DNA from: Lytechinus pictus
Lineage: Eukaryota
Direction of reading: 5' to 3'
NCBI RefSeq assembly: GCF_037042905.1
Contig: NC_087251.1
Span: forward strand, 16,804,001 to 16,868,000
DNA length: 64,000 nucleotides
This document shows, piece after piece, positions 22,933-35,860 of this stretch (position 1 is the stretch's first letter; each line of letters starts with the position of its first letter). The translations under genes and the position numbers were made by a program. The notes beneath the pieces are model-generated. The model was not told the origin of the DNA and searched no databases. It saw nothing but the letters and a program-made list of their open reading frames with translations.

Positions 22933-25900
22933 GTAAAATATGGGCAAACACCGAAAACCTTGTCATTGTATTTGTAAATTAATGTAGAAGTTCATTGCGA
23001 CAGTCCCACATGCTTAGAATTTTGTTACGTGGACTTGTGTTGTTGACTGTTATTGTGCAGATTCAGATTGCAACTGTACGTGTTGCCACATCAGACATTT
23101 AATTGTAAACAATCCCCGGAGAATAATTTTCTTGCTTGCTGATGGTACCATAAACTTTGTTGTAATTTGTAAACATATTGCCATGAAATTTCAATGCTTG
23201 TTGATTGTTTTAAAGTTTTTGAGCAAGCAACCAGAACTTTTTTTGATGAAAAATAGGATTTAAAATAATTAAAAATAAAATAAAATTTTTTCGAAATGTT
23301 AAAAAAAAAAATTGTTAAGAGGCGCTCCCGCTGGTCCGAAAATTGAGATTGTCCCAGAAAACAAGGATATCTTCATAAACCAGGACAAATCATGTCTTGA
23401 TAAACTGAGATTATCCTTGTTTGTGTTATATGGCCAATATGGGGACAGTTTTTTTTATTTACCCCTGGCCCTGCGCCGCCTGCGGGACATAGACGGCAAT
23501 TACGGAGATTGAGTAGCCAGGATGGAGGGGGGGGGCACATCTATTGTGCCGGACCATAGGGTCTTGAAAAGCACCCTAAACACGCGCATGGTATCCACTC
23601 GTCAATGTAAGTGGCCCCCCGGGATGGAGGCTCCTGGAAATTGTCATATCACTGACGTGCTTAATCTCCACGGAGCCAGGGACAGGATGCCATTGCTCTA
23701 CATGCACCAAGAAATTTGGAGACAAAAATGTTGCTCAAATATACTCAATTTCTTTAGGGTTTTGAGCCCAAACTTATGTAAATGGGCTACAATACTATTT
23801 GTAAGCTTTTGGCACGAAAGTAAAGAGACATATTTTTGTAAAGTATTAAACATAAAATTATAGAAAATATTAAAAGTAGAAGAGCGTTTACTCACAGTCT
23901 GTTATTGTCGCCATCTTGCCGTGTTTTTTATCGTAGCCTAGCTACAAGACGCGTATAGAGGGCGACAATATCGTGAGGCGTGAGCAGTGCTAACTGTAGA
24001 TTAAAAAAAATACTTGCATCGGCCAATAAATGTCATAAATCTTACCTAAATTTAAGGTAACATTCATGATATTTATCGGCCAATTAAGTAAACTTCTCCC
24101 TCTTTCATTCTCCTCCTACCTGCCCCTCCTCCTACTCCTTCCTCCTCCTTGCTCCTCTCTCTTCATCATCAGTCCAGCGTGCATCTTTCAATTTCTGTAA
24201 TTCTCTGACAAAAAAAAGAAAGTTACTATGATGAATAAATTGACAATTATATGCATAAATTAGAGATAGAATTTATCCAGATGTTAATAGGGGTCTGAAA
24301 ACGACACATACGAGTCAAGATATGGATGGCCTGACGTGGTAGAATCTTTATCGATTAAATCATTTTGCTATTTCAAAGTGAATGGCTTTGTGGCGTTTTA
24401 CCAACTGTTTTTATAGTTTCTTTGTATTACAATTATCATTGAATGCATTATCCCACTTGTTTTGTGATGTAATTTCAACCTCTATGATTGATTACGTAAG
24501 ATTATAATTTTCAAATTTTAAGGCACTTTTGCATGTCATAGTCTACCCACTTGATATCACTACGTCATCAAGAAAGAAGTTATGACAGGTTCGGAGGTGT
24601 CATAAATATTTAGTCAGGTTGTTGTCCCGATCTTGGCAAAGAGGGCTTCGTGAAACAGCGGACAAGTTGCTCACTATCTCCGATTTAGTCAAGAAGTTAG
24701 ACTTATGACGGTGTTGAGAAACGGGCCCCTGTTTCCCAATGAATGTGATGAAGGGATTACTACTAAGCAGTGCTAAGACTGTCATTCCACCAATTTATTA
24801 TAATTTGATAATACATGCATATTTCTAAAGCACTTCGAGATGTCAGACGCCGTTGTTATATACGCTGGATTGTAATTAATCTTTTGTGTGATTGTTTTGT
24901 AGTGGTCTAGTAGCAGAAAAACCTGATGAAAGTTTGTTCTTTGTTGATGATAAACATCCATCTAAAGAGGAAGGTAAGAACATTGATTTTTTTTTCTTCG
25001 TCTGCTAACCTTTAATTGCATTCATAATTGTAGTGGTTGAGTGGATAAGTTTTCTGACTTTGAACCACAAGATATGTGTTCCAATCCCTGCTGCAGCACT
25101 AATGCCCTTTGGCAAGACATCTACATTTGCCACATGGAGGTGAGGTAAATGGATACCTGGCTGAAATGGATTCCTGTAATTGTTTGTGCACTGTGAAAGG
25201 CTGCAAAAAGTGAAAGGCTGCAAAAAGTGCAAGGCTAAAGCCAGTGTAACAATATCCTAGTCCTTAATAGAGATATTATATGCTCTATGTACATGTAAGA
25301 GCAGAGTATCATTAGTTATCATGTAAACTAGATCAAGTTTTAACATAAGGAATTAAGGATATCAACAAAAATGTTAGACAAAGCAAAAGTTAATTACCAC
25401 AATATCTAGACTTGTGCTGATATGCAGTTGCACAACACAGACAAGACCACTCGGGGTTTTCTACTCTGTTGTCACTGGGAAACGTCTGCAATGATTTCAT
25501 GGATTGGTTATGGTATTTCTCTTTATTTTTAAGATGATTCAAAAAAGAAATTGGAGAAGCCACTTAAGATTGATCGGAAACTGACACCAGATCCAAGAAT
25601 ACCAGTAGCTAGAATGTAAGTATTACGATTAGGAGAGGGATGGATCTAGGATTTGCCAGGGGGGGGGGGAATTTCAAAATAAAATTGAAAAGCAAAAATA
25701 AAAGGTTCTCACTACTCACAGGGAGTATTGCCCCATGATTTTTTTAATCTTATGAAAATTTGGCCCATATTCATAAAATCCTGATTTATCACTTACACAG
25801 GGACAGAAGAGATCAAAGTGGAAGGAGGGGAGTAAAAGCAATGTCTGTGAGTTAAATCCGGCCACCCACAAATTTGGAGACTGAACCAGATTTAAAACCC

Positions 25901-28900
25901 TGATTTCAAAAACTACTCTATTTGCTAAAACTATAAATTTTCAATCAATTTTCAGCTTTTGTATGATTAACTCTGTTATAGAGGCAGAATACCAAGATTA
26001 GTTATTTCTCTGATTGATGATTGGTTTATAGATCAAAGACGCCTAGGTCACTGGAGAGACCGAAGCGAAAGAGTAAGTTGGTGCAGAGACTAGAAGCGGA
26101 GGGAAAATGGGGGCCATCATCAACAGTCAAGAGAAGGAAACTTGCTGCTGCTTTGAAAGACAGTGACCTAGCACAGAAAGCTAAAGATGATGATAATAAG
26201 AGGAGAGAATGTGGTAGAGCAGTGTATGATCTCTGGGGAGATCCAGGTACGTTCTTATCACTTGATTGTCCGACCTTCCTCTATCTATCAGAGATTAGGG
26301 GTTCAAATCCCAGTCATTGGACTATTTCCTTAAGCAATTAATTTATCAACTTTGTGTTTCACTAGACCCAGATGTAGTAAATGATACCTGGCAGGAATTC
26401 TTTGAAATGATTGTGTGCCTGAAAGATAGCCAGCTACAGTCAGTGTAATCATTACAATTAGAGCATTGAGCGCTCTGCAAAGTGGATATTAGTGCTTTAT
26501 ACTTTGATATTATTATTATTATATTGTATTTGATATCATTGACAATAATAAAGATGATTAAATGATTTCAGAGTTAACACTTTGTTCTGACTATTTCATT
26601 CTAGCACCTGTTAAGTCAAAGACGGAGGCAACACCAAATGAACACTTTCTCAGGGTCACTAAGAAGACAAGGAAAAAGGTTGGTTTTGAAATTATTTTTA
26701 GTTGACCTCCCAACTATTTTCATGTTAAGTAAACATTTTTGTACTAAACATTCACATATCAGCTAATGCAAAGTTTACCTTGCGATTCAATATTTTACAT
26801 TGATTAAAAGGGGACCTGAGTTTTGAAAAATATCAGACAAATAAAGTTATGGCTGTTTATAAACGGGATCACTTACACTGTACCTCTCAAATTAGAAAAG
26901 TAGATTGTCACCTTTCTCTATGGACGGTGATTTTAATATAACATGCATAGCTTATCAATACATTTTCTAACAAAAGAAGTATTATTGTATAAAGACGTTT
27001 GGAAAAGATGAGATTTTAATCTTTCACATATTGGAGATAATGAGAATAGTCCCTACCCAACAACACATTAAATAAGAATAGAAGTAGAAAATGAAATATA
27101 TATATTCATTTTTTTTCTCTACATCAGTTACCAAAAACCTACTACAATAAGACTTCTTGTTTCAATGCTGTAGAGGTTTTACCAGGGGGAGCATCTTATA
27201 ACCCAACGTTTGAAGATCATCAGGTAAGTTTTATCCTTCCTCCCAAAATCTAGTTCCGATATGATGCAACAAAGCTTCCAAAATATTTTTCATATAGTAC
27301 TGGGATGTGGTTGTACAAACCCCACTATTTATGGGAATAATATTCTGCAACATTTCTAACATTGTCAGTTCCTCAGCAGATGTTTAGAACAGTGGTTGGA
27401 AATTGCACATATTTCATAGAGAGATTGAAAGGAGCATGGAGAATGTGCAATTATTAATCTCATTTTTCTGTGCTTAAGACAAGGGGTTTTAAGTTGACCC
27501 TCTGTGTGGATTGAACTTTTTTGTGACTTCAGGTTATGTTTGTGCATTATTTTAGTTTTCATAGCTTGAATAAATCATACCATTCATGTAAGGAATATAA
27601 GGTATGTTAAGTTGATGATTTGGATCGAAATCAAATAAGAGAATTGATTAAGCATGCACATGTTACCAGGCATTTATTTGTTGCATTAATTTACTTATGA
27701 CCGGTGATGAGTGTTAATAAGTCAAGTATTGTGACTGGTAATATTAAGATGAAAATGGTTTATCAGATAGCAATTTTCTCATCACCATACTTTCAAACCA
27801 ATATACACATCATTTTGCTCTTGTATATATACATGTGTAGTTTCCCACATTGAAAGAGTCCAAGCACCCTTTGTACCCATTATACCTTGTCGGTGTAATT
27901 CTCATTGGTACACTAGCTGATCTGTAATATTTCTTCATTACTACTATTTCTTTTTAATTCTATTTCTGCAGGAACTGATTCAGAAAGCAATCCAAGTGGA
28001 AGTAGATAGGGAGAAGAAGGAAGAGAAAGTAAACAGATGGCATCGCTTTGCTAAAGTTAGCCGAGCCGAGATGGAGGTAATTCTATTCACAGAACTTTCA
28101 AATTTTAAGGAGTATTTGCGATCAATTCTAAATTTCAATTGGAAATATGCAAATAATACATTACCTCTAATAGAAAACAAATTCATACCCTCTACAGTGC
28201 GTATAAAAAAAAGTTAACACTAAGAAAAAATCCTGTAAAATTATATATTTGTAATATCCTGAAGATTTTTCCACATTTTAACATTGGTACAGATGTAACT
28301 TATGTTAACTAATGACGATATAACTGTCCAAAAATATTTCCGCTTGAGTGAGCACCACTTACTTTTGAAAAGTTAGCGAAAAATGATTTGCGCAGGACTT
28401 TGAAATAGTTATGCGAATAAAAGTAGACCTTAATCATGAAGAACACGTGGAATTTAGCTAGTAAAATTGATTTAATGATATCTTGTACCTGTTTTAAGTT
28501 GTTTCCACAGTGCATTGGGCCCCACCCCACTCCCCCACATACCGAGGCCATCGTGACGAAATTTGCTTTACACTGAGCTGTGATTTACATGAAATGGCTT
28601 AGGCTTCATTTTAATTTTGTTAATCGTTGTCAAGCTTGGGAAAAGTGTGGAGAAACAAGTATTAAATGAAAAATGAAATGTAAACCCACTTTGAATTATA
28701 CAAACTTAGTGAAAAATGCTGGAGATGTCTGATATAAACTTGATTCAGATTCAGTTATGTCCTCAGATCCAGCTGGCACAAAAAAGGGTAAAGGTTGTGC
28801 TTACTAAGTGTTGAAATTTCACTTTAGGGGCAAAATTGTTACAAAATGCTTGAATGTATCCGTTTTATTTCAATTGACTAAAAGTGCAAGGGAAATGGAT

Positions 28901-31900
28901 GAGAAATGTTTCGCAGGGTAAGTTTGATTTCACCCTTTCCCCTTTACACAGCGTGAAAACTAGCATTTCTGCGAGCTGTAAAAAAATGGACAGTGCTCAC
29001 TCAAGTGTAACATTCTGTCAAAACTTTTACTTTCATTAGATAGATGAGACCCAAACCCAAGATTATATGTAAAAAAATTACCCACATGTTGTATAATTTG
29101 TAATTCCCAGGGCTTTTTCAAAGTGTAAACTTGTTTTTGATACGCACTGTATTACAAGAAGCAGTTCAGCAACCAATTGCAAATTTGCAACTGATTATAA
29201 AAAGACTCATGATTGATTTGGGACATATTGATTGTCTCTTCTAACACCCATGTTGGTAACAAGTGACATGATTCAACTAACAGGATTGAAAGTAGTGAAA
29301 CATTTTTTTCCATTTTGCAATTACGTATTAAGCCAGTTATGCAGAGTTCAGAGTTTGTAAGGAAAGGTAAGTCCTATTTTCTTATGAAGATTCTATGAAT
29401 TTTTCTTTTTGTTCACACTTTGCTATTTCAGAGAAATAATATGAACGAACTGACTGCTGGACTGTTTGATGATGAACTCAATCAAGATGAAGATAAAGAG
29501 GATGATGAAGATGATGGTGTACTTCCTGGTGCTCCTGTGGTTGCAGAGAGGAGAAAGACAAAAAGACAAAGAAACAAAGAAAGACAAATAAAACAACAGG
29601 TAATACCAGCTAGCACCTTTTTGTTTTTTATTATTATTATTTTTGGCCAAAGGTAATTCACTTAAAACTCCAGTTGTTGGAAAGGTAAAATAATGTAAGT
29701 ATGAGCTATTCAATTCATTTGCCTGATCCAGGCAATGCCAGACCAAAAATATTTCATTGAAACAATGAGGTGAGGAAAATATATATACACAAGGCTCGAC
29801 ATTAGCGGTGGCCCGGGGCCACCAGAAATTCACCTCGGGCAACCATTATTGAAAAAATGTTAAGTTTTGGTGGCCCGAATCGGGCAACCAATAATTTTCA
29901 AAGTAGCGCAATTTTTATCCCGATTTTGCACTCATTTATCAACTTTCTACAGTTCAAATTGCAAGCCAATTCGTCATGCGCCCTTTTTGTTAATCTACAC
30001 ACACACAAAGATTGCATAGACATAGTCATGACAGTATGTAGGCCTACCGCTATAGCATACAGTAACTATTATCCAGCCGGCCGTGCTGGCCGTCTGGCGT
30101 ACGTGAGCTTTGCATGCATGAAACCACTGCAGCTAGCTGTGCGCTAGCAGACTATTCAGACTTAGGGAGCTGCGATACGAAATGTTGCTGCTAAGAAATC
30201 TTCCACAGAACTTTGAAAATCTACGTCGTAGGCACATTTTACACCAATGAAATGCCCTTCTACAGTCCATATTACTAAAATCTGGTGTAACCTGTTTATT
30301 TGCAAGCATTAAAAAGAAGAATTATGACCTCTCTTTTGACTCGATTTCCAAATGCATTAATACACATAAAACACATAGGTGAGTACATCACAGCCCCACG
30401 TATGCATACTTGGTTTCTTTCGAGCTGTGTCTTTTCTAGCCAAAAATAAACAGACAGTTTATTTCTTTCTTGTTTATAAATGACTTCTTAAACCACTCTT
30501 GAGGAAGTAAATACTTTGGGAAGGCATTTCATTGATATGAAATGTGAATTTTTCCAGCATTTTGGCAAATATAGGGAAGGACTTTTCTCACACGGTTTTT
30601 TCCAGATATAACTTTTGCCGTTTTCTTATTTTTTTTCTTTCATTTTTTTTATAATGGTTAAACCATTTATACCCCTTTCCATTGAATATGCCTGATTAAA
30701 GAATATATTTCCACTGAAAAATAATAGTAATAATAATAATAATTTTCCCCATTTTTATTAATTTTGTTTTATTCATTTTTCTTTCATTTCCTTTTGTTTT
30801 GTTTTCTCTAAATGTTTTCTTTTCTTTTTTTCCCCTGTTCTTTGTTTTTTCTTTCTCCATTTCCTTTCTTTTGGTTTATTTGACTTATTTATTTTATTAT
30901 TTTTGTTTTCTTTTTTAATATACTATTCTAAAAATTATTTTTGTTTGTTTCCCCCTTTTATGCATTGATCTAATTTTGCAGCATATATTTGTGATTTTCT
31001 CCTGCTATAATATGCTGGAAAAAAAGAAAATAAACTGGATTTGGGGCCTGCATAATCTACATGTAGGTTTTAGGATTAAAAAAAGAAGAAGGGAAAAATC
31101 ATTGTTTTGTACATCTATCTGAGTTTGCTATGCACTATTTATTTAATTTACTATTATGAGTGTGTGTCTTTACGGAGATTTAAAAAAAGTCCACACAACC
31201 TGGGAACAATACAATTTTTTTATTCTCTTTCAATCATTTCATATTTACAATGATAGAACAATTTATATATTACCACAAATCAATTAGCAAAGTAAAATAA
31301 CAGCAAACAAGATTTACATACAAGATGTACAAAGTGAAAGTAACTTAGTGGTAGTGGCTGCAGAATTAATATTTCAGAAGTTTGTTTTATTCATTTTTAA
31401 TTTATGTTTTTCTTTATATTTTTGGGGCCACCAAACTTTAATATCGGGCCACCAAAAACAAATATTTGAAGGTTTTGGTGGCCCGAACGGGCCACCACCA
31501 AAAAAAGTTAATGTGGAGCCTTGTATACATATATGTTGCAATTGCATAATATCTATTGGTCGTATGACTGGATTCAACTCTTAGAGAGAGAGGGAGAGAG
31601 AGCACCTGTCTATTTAGAAACACATTATTGGTGTGAAACTTCTCATGAAAGTGTATACTTGGCAGTCATTAATATACAAATAGCGAATAGGCATGAGTGC
31701 GATGGTGCGAGATTTCGCATGAGGTGAAAGAAAGATGCTCTATGAATAGAGCGTCTCTTTCTTGCACTGAATGCAAAATCTCGCACCATTGCACGAATAA
31801 GAATATTTGCTATTTGAGTTGTACAACGCCTCAGAATTTAGCGAAAATATGAAAAAACAAGAGTTTCCCTGCAGTAATCTATGAAAAGGGAGCAAAAAAA

Positions 31901-34900
31901 AAAATGAAAGCGAAAAGCAAAATCCCACAAGCGCACATGACCTTGGGCAGCATTGCGCATTTAGCCAGCAGGCTTATACGCGTATTGCACCTTCATTTTA
32001 CTGAGCGCAATGAATTAAATCGTATTGTGACGTCACCTCCTAAAGCCGTGCAACGGTACATTTTGGATGGTACGTCTTGTGTGCAATGGTACAAATGTTT
32101 GATATTCAGCCTCCCATTTGCTCGCGTACAACAAGCTAAGTAGGCATTTTACAATAACAATTGTGCTGCACATGACTGATATCAACTACTACCATCAAGT
32201 GTGTCAAACGTGTCATTTCGAGTTGACGAGAACTTATGTTTATGTCATGGTCAATTCTTAGTCAATAATAATGTAATAACTTTTTTTTTAAAGAAAAGAA
32301 GAGGTCACAAAATTGTTGTCGTTAGACAAGTTGAAATGGGATATAAAAAGCTCAACTCAGATAAGCACATGTGGGCATGTCTATTATTATTTTTTTATAG
32401 AAATGACCTTTTCTACCAACAGTATGCCATGCTTTATTTTGCTAATTACTAAGTGGCTTCTCATTCTGTAACAGAATCACTAGTCACATAATCATACAAA
32501 CTCTCAGAATTTGATTTTGCAAGATTCTGTCAGGTGTCATTTTCAGATTTTTGCCACAACTGAAATTAATGCACCTGCATTATTATGTTAACATGTTTTT
32601 TTTTTTTCTCTTGATCAGATGAAGAAAGCTCATGCTGAGAAAGCTGATAAGATCCGTCTGAATGAGGTTTACCGTCTCCGATCATTAAAGAGAGAAATCA
32701 AGGAGAAAGAAGAGAAGATAGCAACTAAAATAAAGGAGAAGAAAGAAAAGGCTAAGGAGAATGAAGGCAAAACTAAACGGCTTGGACGCTACAAGTATCC
32801 TTTAAAAAAAACTTCATTAAAGGGAAAGTTCATCCTGACATATATTTGGTTTTTATAAAAGCAGAAAAAAAGGTTCAGGTATTGTTGATTACCGGTATTC
32901 ACAAGGAAACAATGAATTTCAGTACGAGTTTAGTACGAGGTTAAGCGTAGCCCAAATTGTTTTTACACTGCATTTTTGCAAAGTGGGCTACCCCACTTAT
33001 AGTATGAGAATATTTGTCCCTGCAAATAGCAGGGTTAACCAAGCAATGGCGGTGCTAAGAGTAATAGTCCGGGGTTAAGATCGGTAGTGTAAAAAGAAAC
33101 CTGGCTACGCCAAGGACAGTGATCATTGTATGCCCTAGGGGCTACAGAGTCGGCGGTGTTGTCCAATCAGATATAAATGTTCATTAATGGTTACCACTGG
33201 GCACGGATTACTAAATTACGTTTAAGATAAGCAAGTATTTCCTTAGCCGGGGTTAGGCAGAAAATTTAGCGTGTGTGAAGAGGAAAAAAAAATTAGTATG
33301 GGGTTAGCGATAGTTGGCGATGTTATGAAAATCCAGTGTTAAAAGCTTTTCAGAGTTCATTTATCTTGACCGATTTCACTCAGATATGAAGAGCCTCCTA
33401 TACCAGTCAAGCTATCAGAGCATCTTGTTGGTAATCTGAGACAACTCAAGGTAAACAGAAGCAAAGTCCAGTGAAATATGTATATTAAGACCACTCAAGC
33501 TAGACCTTATGAGCAGGTGGTTTGTGTGGACAGGTATTACTGCATATTTCAGCTTGGAATATTTTAAAAAGAAAAACAAAAGCTGTCGTTTTTTGTCTCG
33601 CCTGCATAGCAGAGCGAGACTATAGGCGCCGCTTTTCCGACGGCGGCGGCGGCGTCAACATCAAATCTTAACCTAAGGTTAAGTTTTTGAAATGACATCA
33701 TAATTTAGAAAGTATATGGACCTAGTTCATGAAACTTGGACACAATCAAGTATTACTAAACATCCTGCCTGAGTTTCAGGTCACATGACCAAGGTCAAAG
33801 GTCATTTAGGGTCAATGAACTTTGACCATGTTGGGAGAATTATTTTCAAAATCTTAACCGAAGGTTAAGTTTTTGAAATGACATCATAACTTAGAAAGTA
33901 TATGGACCTAGTTCATGAAACTTAGGCATAAGGTTAATCAAGTATTAGTGGACATCCTGCCTGAGTTTCAGGTCACGTGACCAAGGTCAAAGGTCATTTA
34001 GGGTCAATGGACTTTGGCCAAGTTGGGGGTATTTGTTGAATTACCATCATAACTTTGAAAATTTATGGATCTAGTTCATTAAACTTGGACATTAGGTTAA
34101 TCAAGTACCACTGAATATCCTGTGCGAGTTTCAGGTCACATGACCATGGTCAATGGTCATTTAAGGTCAATGAATTTGGCCTTGTTGGGGGTATTTGTTA
34201 AATTACCATCCTAACTCTGAAAGTTTATGGATCTAGTTCGTAAAACTTGGACATAAGAGTAATCAAGTATCACTGAACATCCTGTACGAGTTTCAGGTCA
34301 CATGACCCTGGTCAAAGGTCATTAAAGGTCAATGAACTTTGGGCGTGTTGGGGGTATTTGTTGAATTACCATCCTAACTCTGAAAGTTTATGGATCTAGT
34401 TCATAAAACTTGGGATATAAGAGTAATCAAGTATCACTGAACATCCCCTGTGAGTTTCAGGTCACAAAACCAAGGTCAAAGGTCAGTTAAGGTCAATAAA
34501 CTTAGGCCATGTTGGGGTAATTGTTGAATTGCCATCATAACTTTGAAAGTTTATAGATAGAGTGAATGAAATGTGGACATGGGTGTAGTTGACAAGTCTT
34601 AAAGTCACCGTTCAAATGTCATTTATGGTCAATGAACGTGGTATTATGTCATTATATGAATGGTGTTTTTGTGAATGATTATTTTATAGTAGTTTTCAAA
34701 GTTAGCACTGCTGCTATATTAAATCGCGTAATGCAGGCGAGACTGCCAGAGGCGTTCCACTTGTTAAAGAAAGATGCCACGGACACGTTTTCGCACAATT
34801 GTATGTATTATTGATGCAGTTGTAATAATTAAATTTCTCTTTAATGTTTGTAGTACAGGCTTTGCAAAACCACAATGCTTCATGTACTTTGTATGTGGAT

Positions 34901-35860
34901 GAATTTCCAATCATTTATACCAAGCATGGCTTTTCCATATTTTCCTTAAGATTGAAAAGAAAGTCTATTATTTTTCAATACAAATTTATTTGGCATGTTA
35001 AGAGGACAGAAAGTTCAAGATTAATATTGACTGATCTATCTTCCGTTAAATGATGTGTCTGATTAGTGAAACTGGATGATCTGAGCATACTAAGGATTGG
35101 TGGGGCAAACCATTGTTAACCCACAATAGTTATGAGGGAAGGGTTGCGAGCATGGAAGATGAAAGTGGAGGAGGAGGGTTGGGTTGATGGATGGGGATTC
35201 ACCGAATAGAGAAAAGCGGAGGTAGGGGAGGGGTCAGAGTAATTTCATAGTCAGTTCTCCAAAGTAATTCCTTTTGTTCTTTTTTTTTCATTGTAGCCTG
35301 ATGGAAGTATGATAGCAGACCGATTCAACAATTTTCAAAAGAGGAATATGATAGAACCGAGGATATGGAAAAAGTAAGACATTATTTTTTTGAATAATGA
35401 ATCATGTACTATTTATTGAAACACTTTATCCATAGATTTCACCCAGTTCCAGTTGGTATGACTCGAGTTGAATGAAAAGAGTATGAAAAGTAAGAAAAGC
35501 ATGACAATAGATTATTTTCAAAATTGGATGAAAATAACAAATGCTATAGAATTTTAAGTTTGTATTTTTTCATTAATCAGTGAATTAGCCAGTAAACCCT
35601 TTCTTTGTGAATAAAAGTTGTTCTTTTATAATTTTGTTTTCCATGATATTGATGAATGAAATAAAATGACACCAAATAGCGTAATAAATCTTGACAAAAA
35701 CTAACATTATTGTATTTTTATGGGGAAGGAAATCTACAATCTGTTGATATTCTCTTAGGTCATTAAAACTTTAACATATTTCTTCTTCGTTTTTTCTAAC
35801 AGAGGAACAAAGCCCAAGATGAAAGAATATGAGAAGAAGAGCTTTAAGGAAATAAAGTGA
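22811..35860 (+). CDS. NOP53: NOP53 (GLTSCR2/PICT1) 60S ribosome biogenesis factor, 12 coding exons, 436 aa
   Basis: Manual splice: join(22811-22932,24903-24973,25534-25615,26032-26246,26605-26678,27128-27223,27972-28076,29432-29599,32619-32794,33384-33450,35297-35373,35803-35860) = 1311 nt, all GT-AG, phases compatible. Nop53 motifs: RKKAWRK..DVEEF, LFFVD (Mtr4 arch-interacting motif), YDLW, GGASYNPTFEDHQ, RLGRYKY, GNLRQLKPDGS..DRF..FQKRNMIEPR, YEKKSFK. Confidence 0.96.
24903..24973 (+). CDS. NOP53: NOP53 exon 2 (GLVAEKPDESLFFVDDKHPSKEE)
   Basis: ttttgtAG acceptor, GTAAGA donor; contains LFFVD motif. Confidence 0.93.
25031..25310 (+). mobile_element. Degenerate tRNA-derived SINE
   Basis: tRNA-like head (GTAGTGGTTGAGTGG...GTTCCAATCC) followed by CACTAATGCCCTTTGGCAAG body; related degenerate copies near 26297-26500 and 47040-47240. 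Confidence 0.5.
25534..25615 (+). CDS. NOP53: NOP53 exon 3 (DSKKKLEKPLKIDRKLTPDPRIPVAR)
   Basis: tttttaAG / GTAAGT, phase 1 to 2 fits neighbours. Confidence 0.88.
26032..26246 (+). CDS. NOP53: NOP53 exon 4 (SKTPRS...AVYDLWGDP)
   Basis: tttatAG / GTACGT; overlaps track ORF 26021..26341; YDLW motif. Confidence 0.9.
26605..26678 (+). CDS. NOP53: NOP53 exon 5 (PVKSKTEATPNEHFLRVTKKTRKK)
   Basis: ttctAG / GTTGGT, phase 1 to 0. Confidence 0.88.
27128..27223 (+). CDS. NOP53: NOP53 exon 6 (LPKTYYNK...GGASYNPTFEDHQ)
   Basis: catcAG / GTAAGT; SYNP signature. Confidence 0.94.
27972..28076 (+). CDS. NOP53: NOP53 exon 7 (ELIQKAIQVEVDREKKEEK...AEME)
   Basis: ctgcAG / GTAATT, 35 codons. Confidence 0.9.
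28195..29149. mobile_element. Tc1/mariner-type MITE in NOP53 intron 7
   Basis: TIR CAGTGCGTAT(A/C)AAAAA..AGTT.ACACT; TA TSD. Confidence 0.85.
29432..29599 (+). CDS. NOP53: NOP53 exon 8 (RNNMNELTAGLFDDE...RKTKRQRNKERQIKQQ)
   Basis: tttcAG / GTAATA; acidic tract plus RKT..QRNK motif. Confidence 0.92.
29790..31523. mobile_element. hAT-like non-autonomous element in NOP53 intron 8
   Basis: TIR CAAGGCTC(G/C)ACATTA, subterminal GGGCCACCA motifs; flanks TATATACA / TATACATA (imperfect 8-bp or exact 6-bp TATACA). Confidence 0.75.
31677..31815. repeat. Short imperfect hairpin repeat (possibly Crypton-like non-autonomous end)
   Basis: AAATAGCGAATA...TGCGATGGTGCGAGATTTCGCAT mirrored by ATGCAAAATCTCGCACCATTGCA...TATTTGCTATTT. 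Confidence 0.5.
32619..32794 (+). CDS. NOP53: NOP53 exon 9 (MKKAHAEK...KRLGRY)
   Basis: gatcAG acceptor; ends at U12-type donor GTATCCTTT. Confidence 0.92.
32795..33383 (+). other. U12-type (minor spliceosome) GT-AG intron of NOP53
   Basis: 5' site GTATCCTTT matches U12 consensus RTATCCTTT; branch-like TTATCTTGAC at 33361-33370, A 14 nt from 3' end; no long polypyrimidine tract. Confidence 0.85.
33384..33450 (+). CDS. NOP53: NOP53 exon 10 (YEEPPIPVKLSEHLVGNLRQLK)
   Basis: ctcAG / GTAAAC. Confidence 0.93.
33589..34765 (+). mobile_element. Helentron/HINE-like element with internal tandem repeats in NOP53 intron 10
   Basis: T-rich start, subterminal IR GTCTCGCCTGCA / TGCAGGCGAGAC, (GGC)n microsatellite, about 5 core repeats of ~163-185 bp, ends CTTGTT. 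Confidence 0.8.
35297..35373 (+). CDS. NOP53: NOP53 exon 11 (PDGSMIADRFNNFQKRNMIEPRIWK)
   Basis: ttgtAG / GTAAGA; conserved C-terminal motif. Confidence 0.94.
35803..35860 (+). CDS. NOP53: NOP53 last coding exon (GTKPKMKEYEKKSFKEIK*)
   Basis: taacAG acceptor; TGA at 35858-35860. Confidence 0.9.

Noticed and set aside
35045..35095. Intronic C/D snoRNA (vertebrate NOP53 hosts SNORD23)
   Set aside because: TGATG/CTGA-like motifs are present, but there is no canonical C box, terminal stem or recognisable guide; needs snoscan/Infernal.
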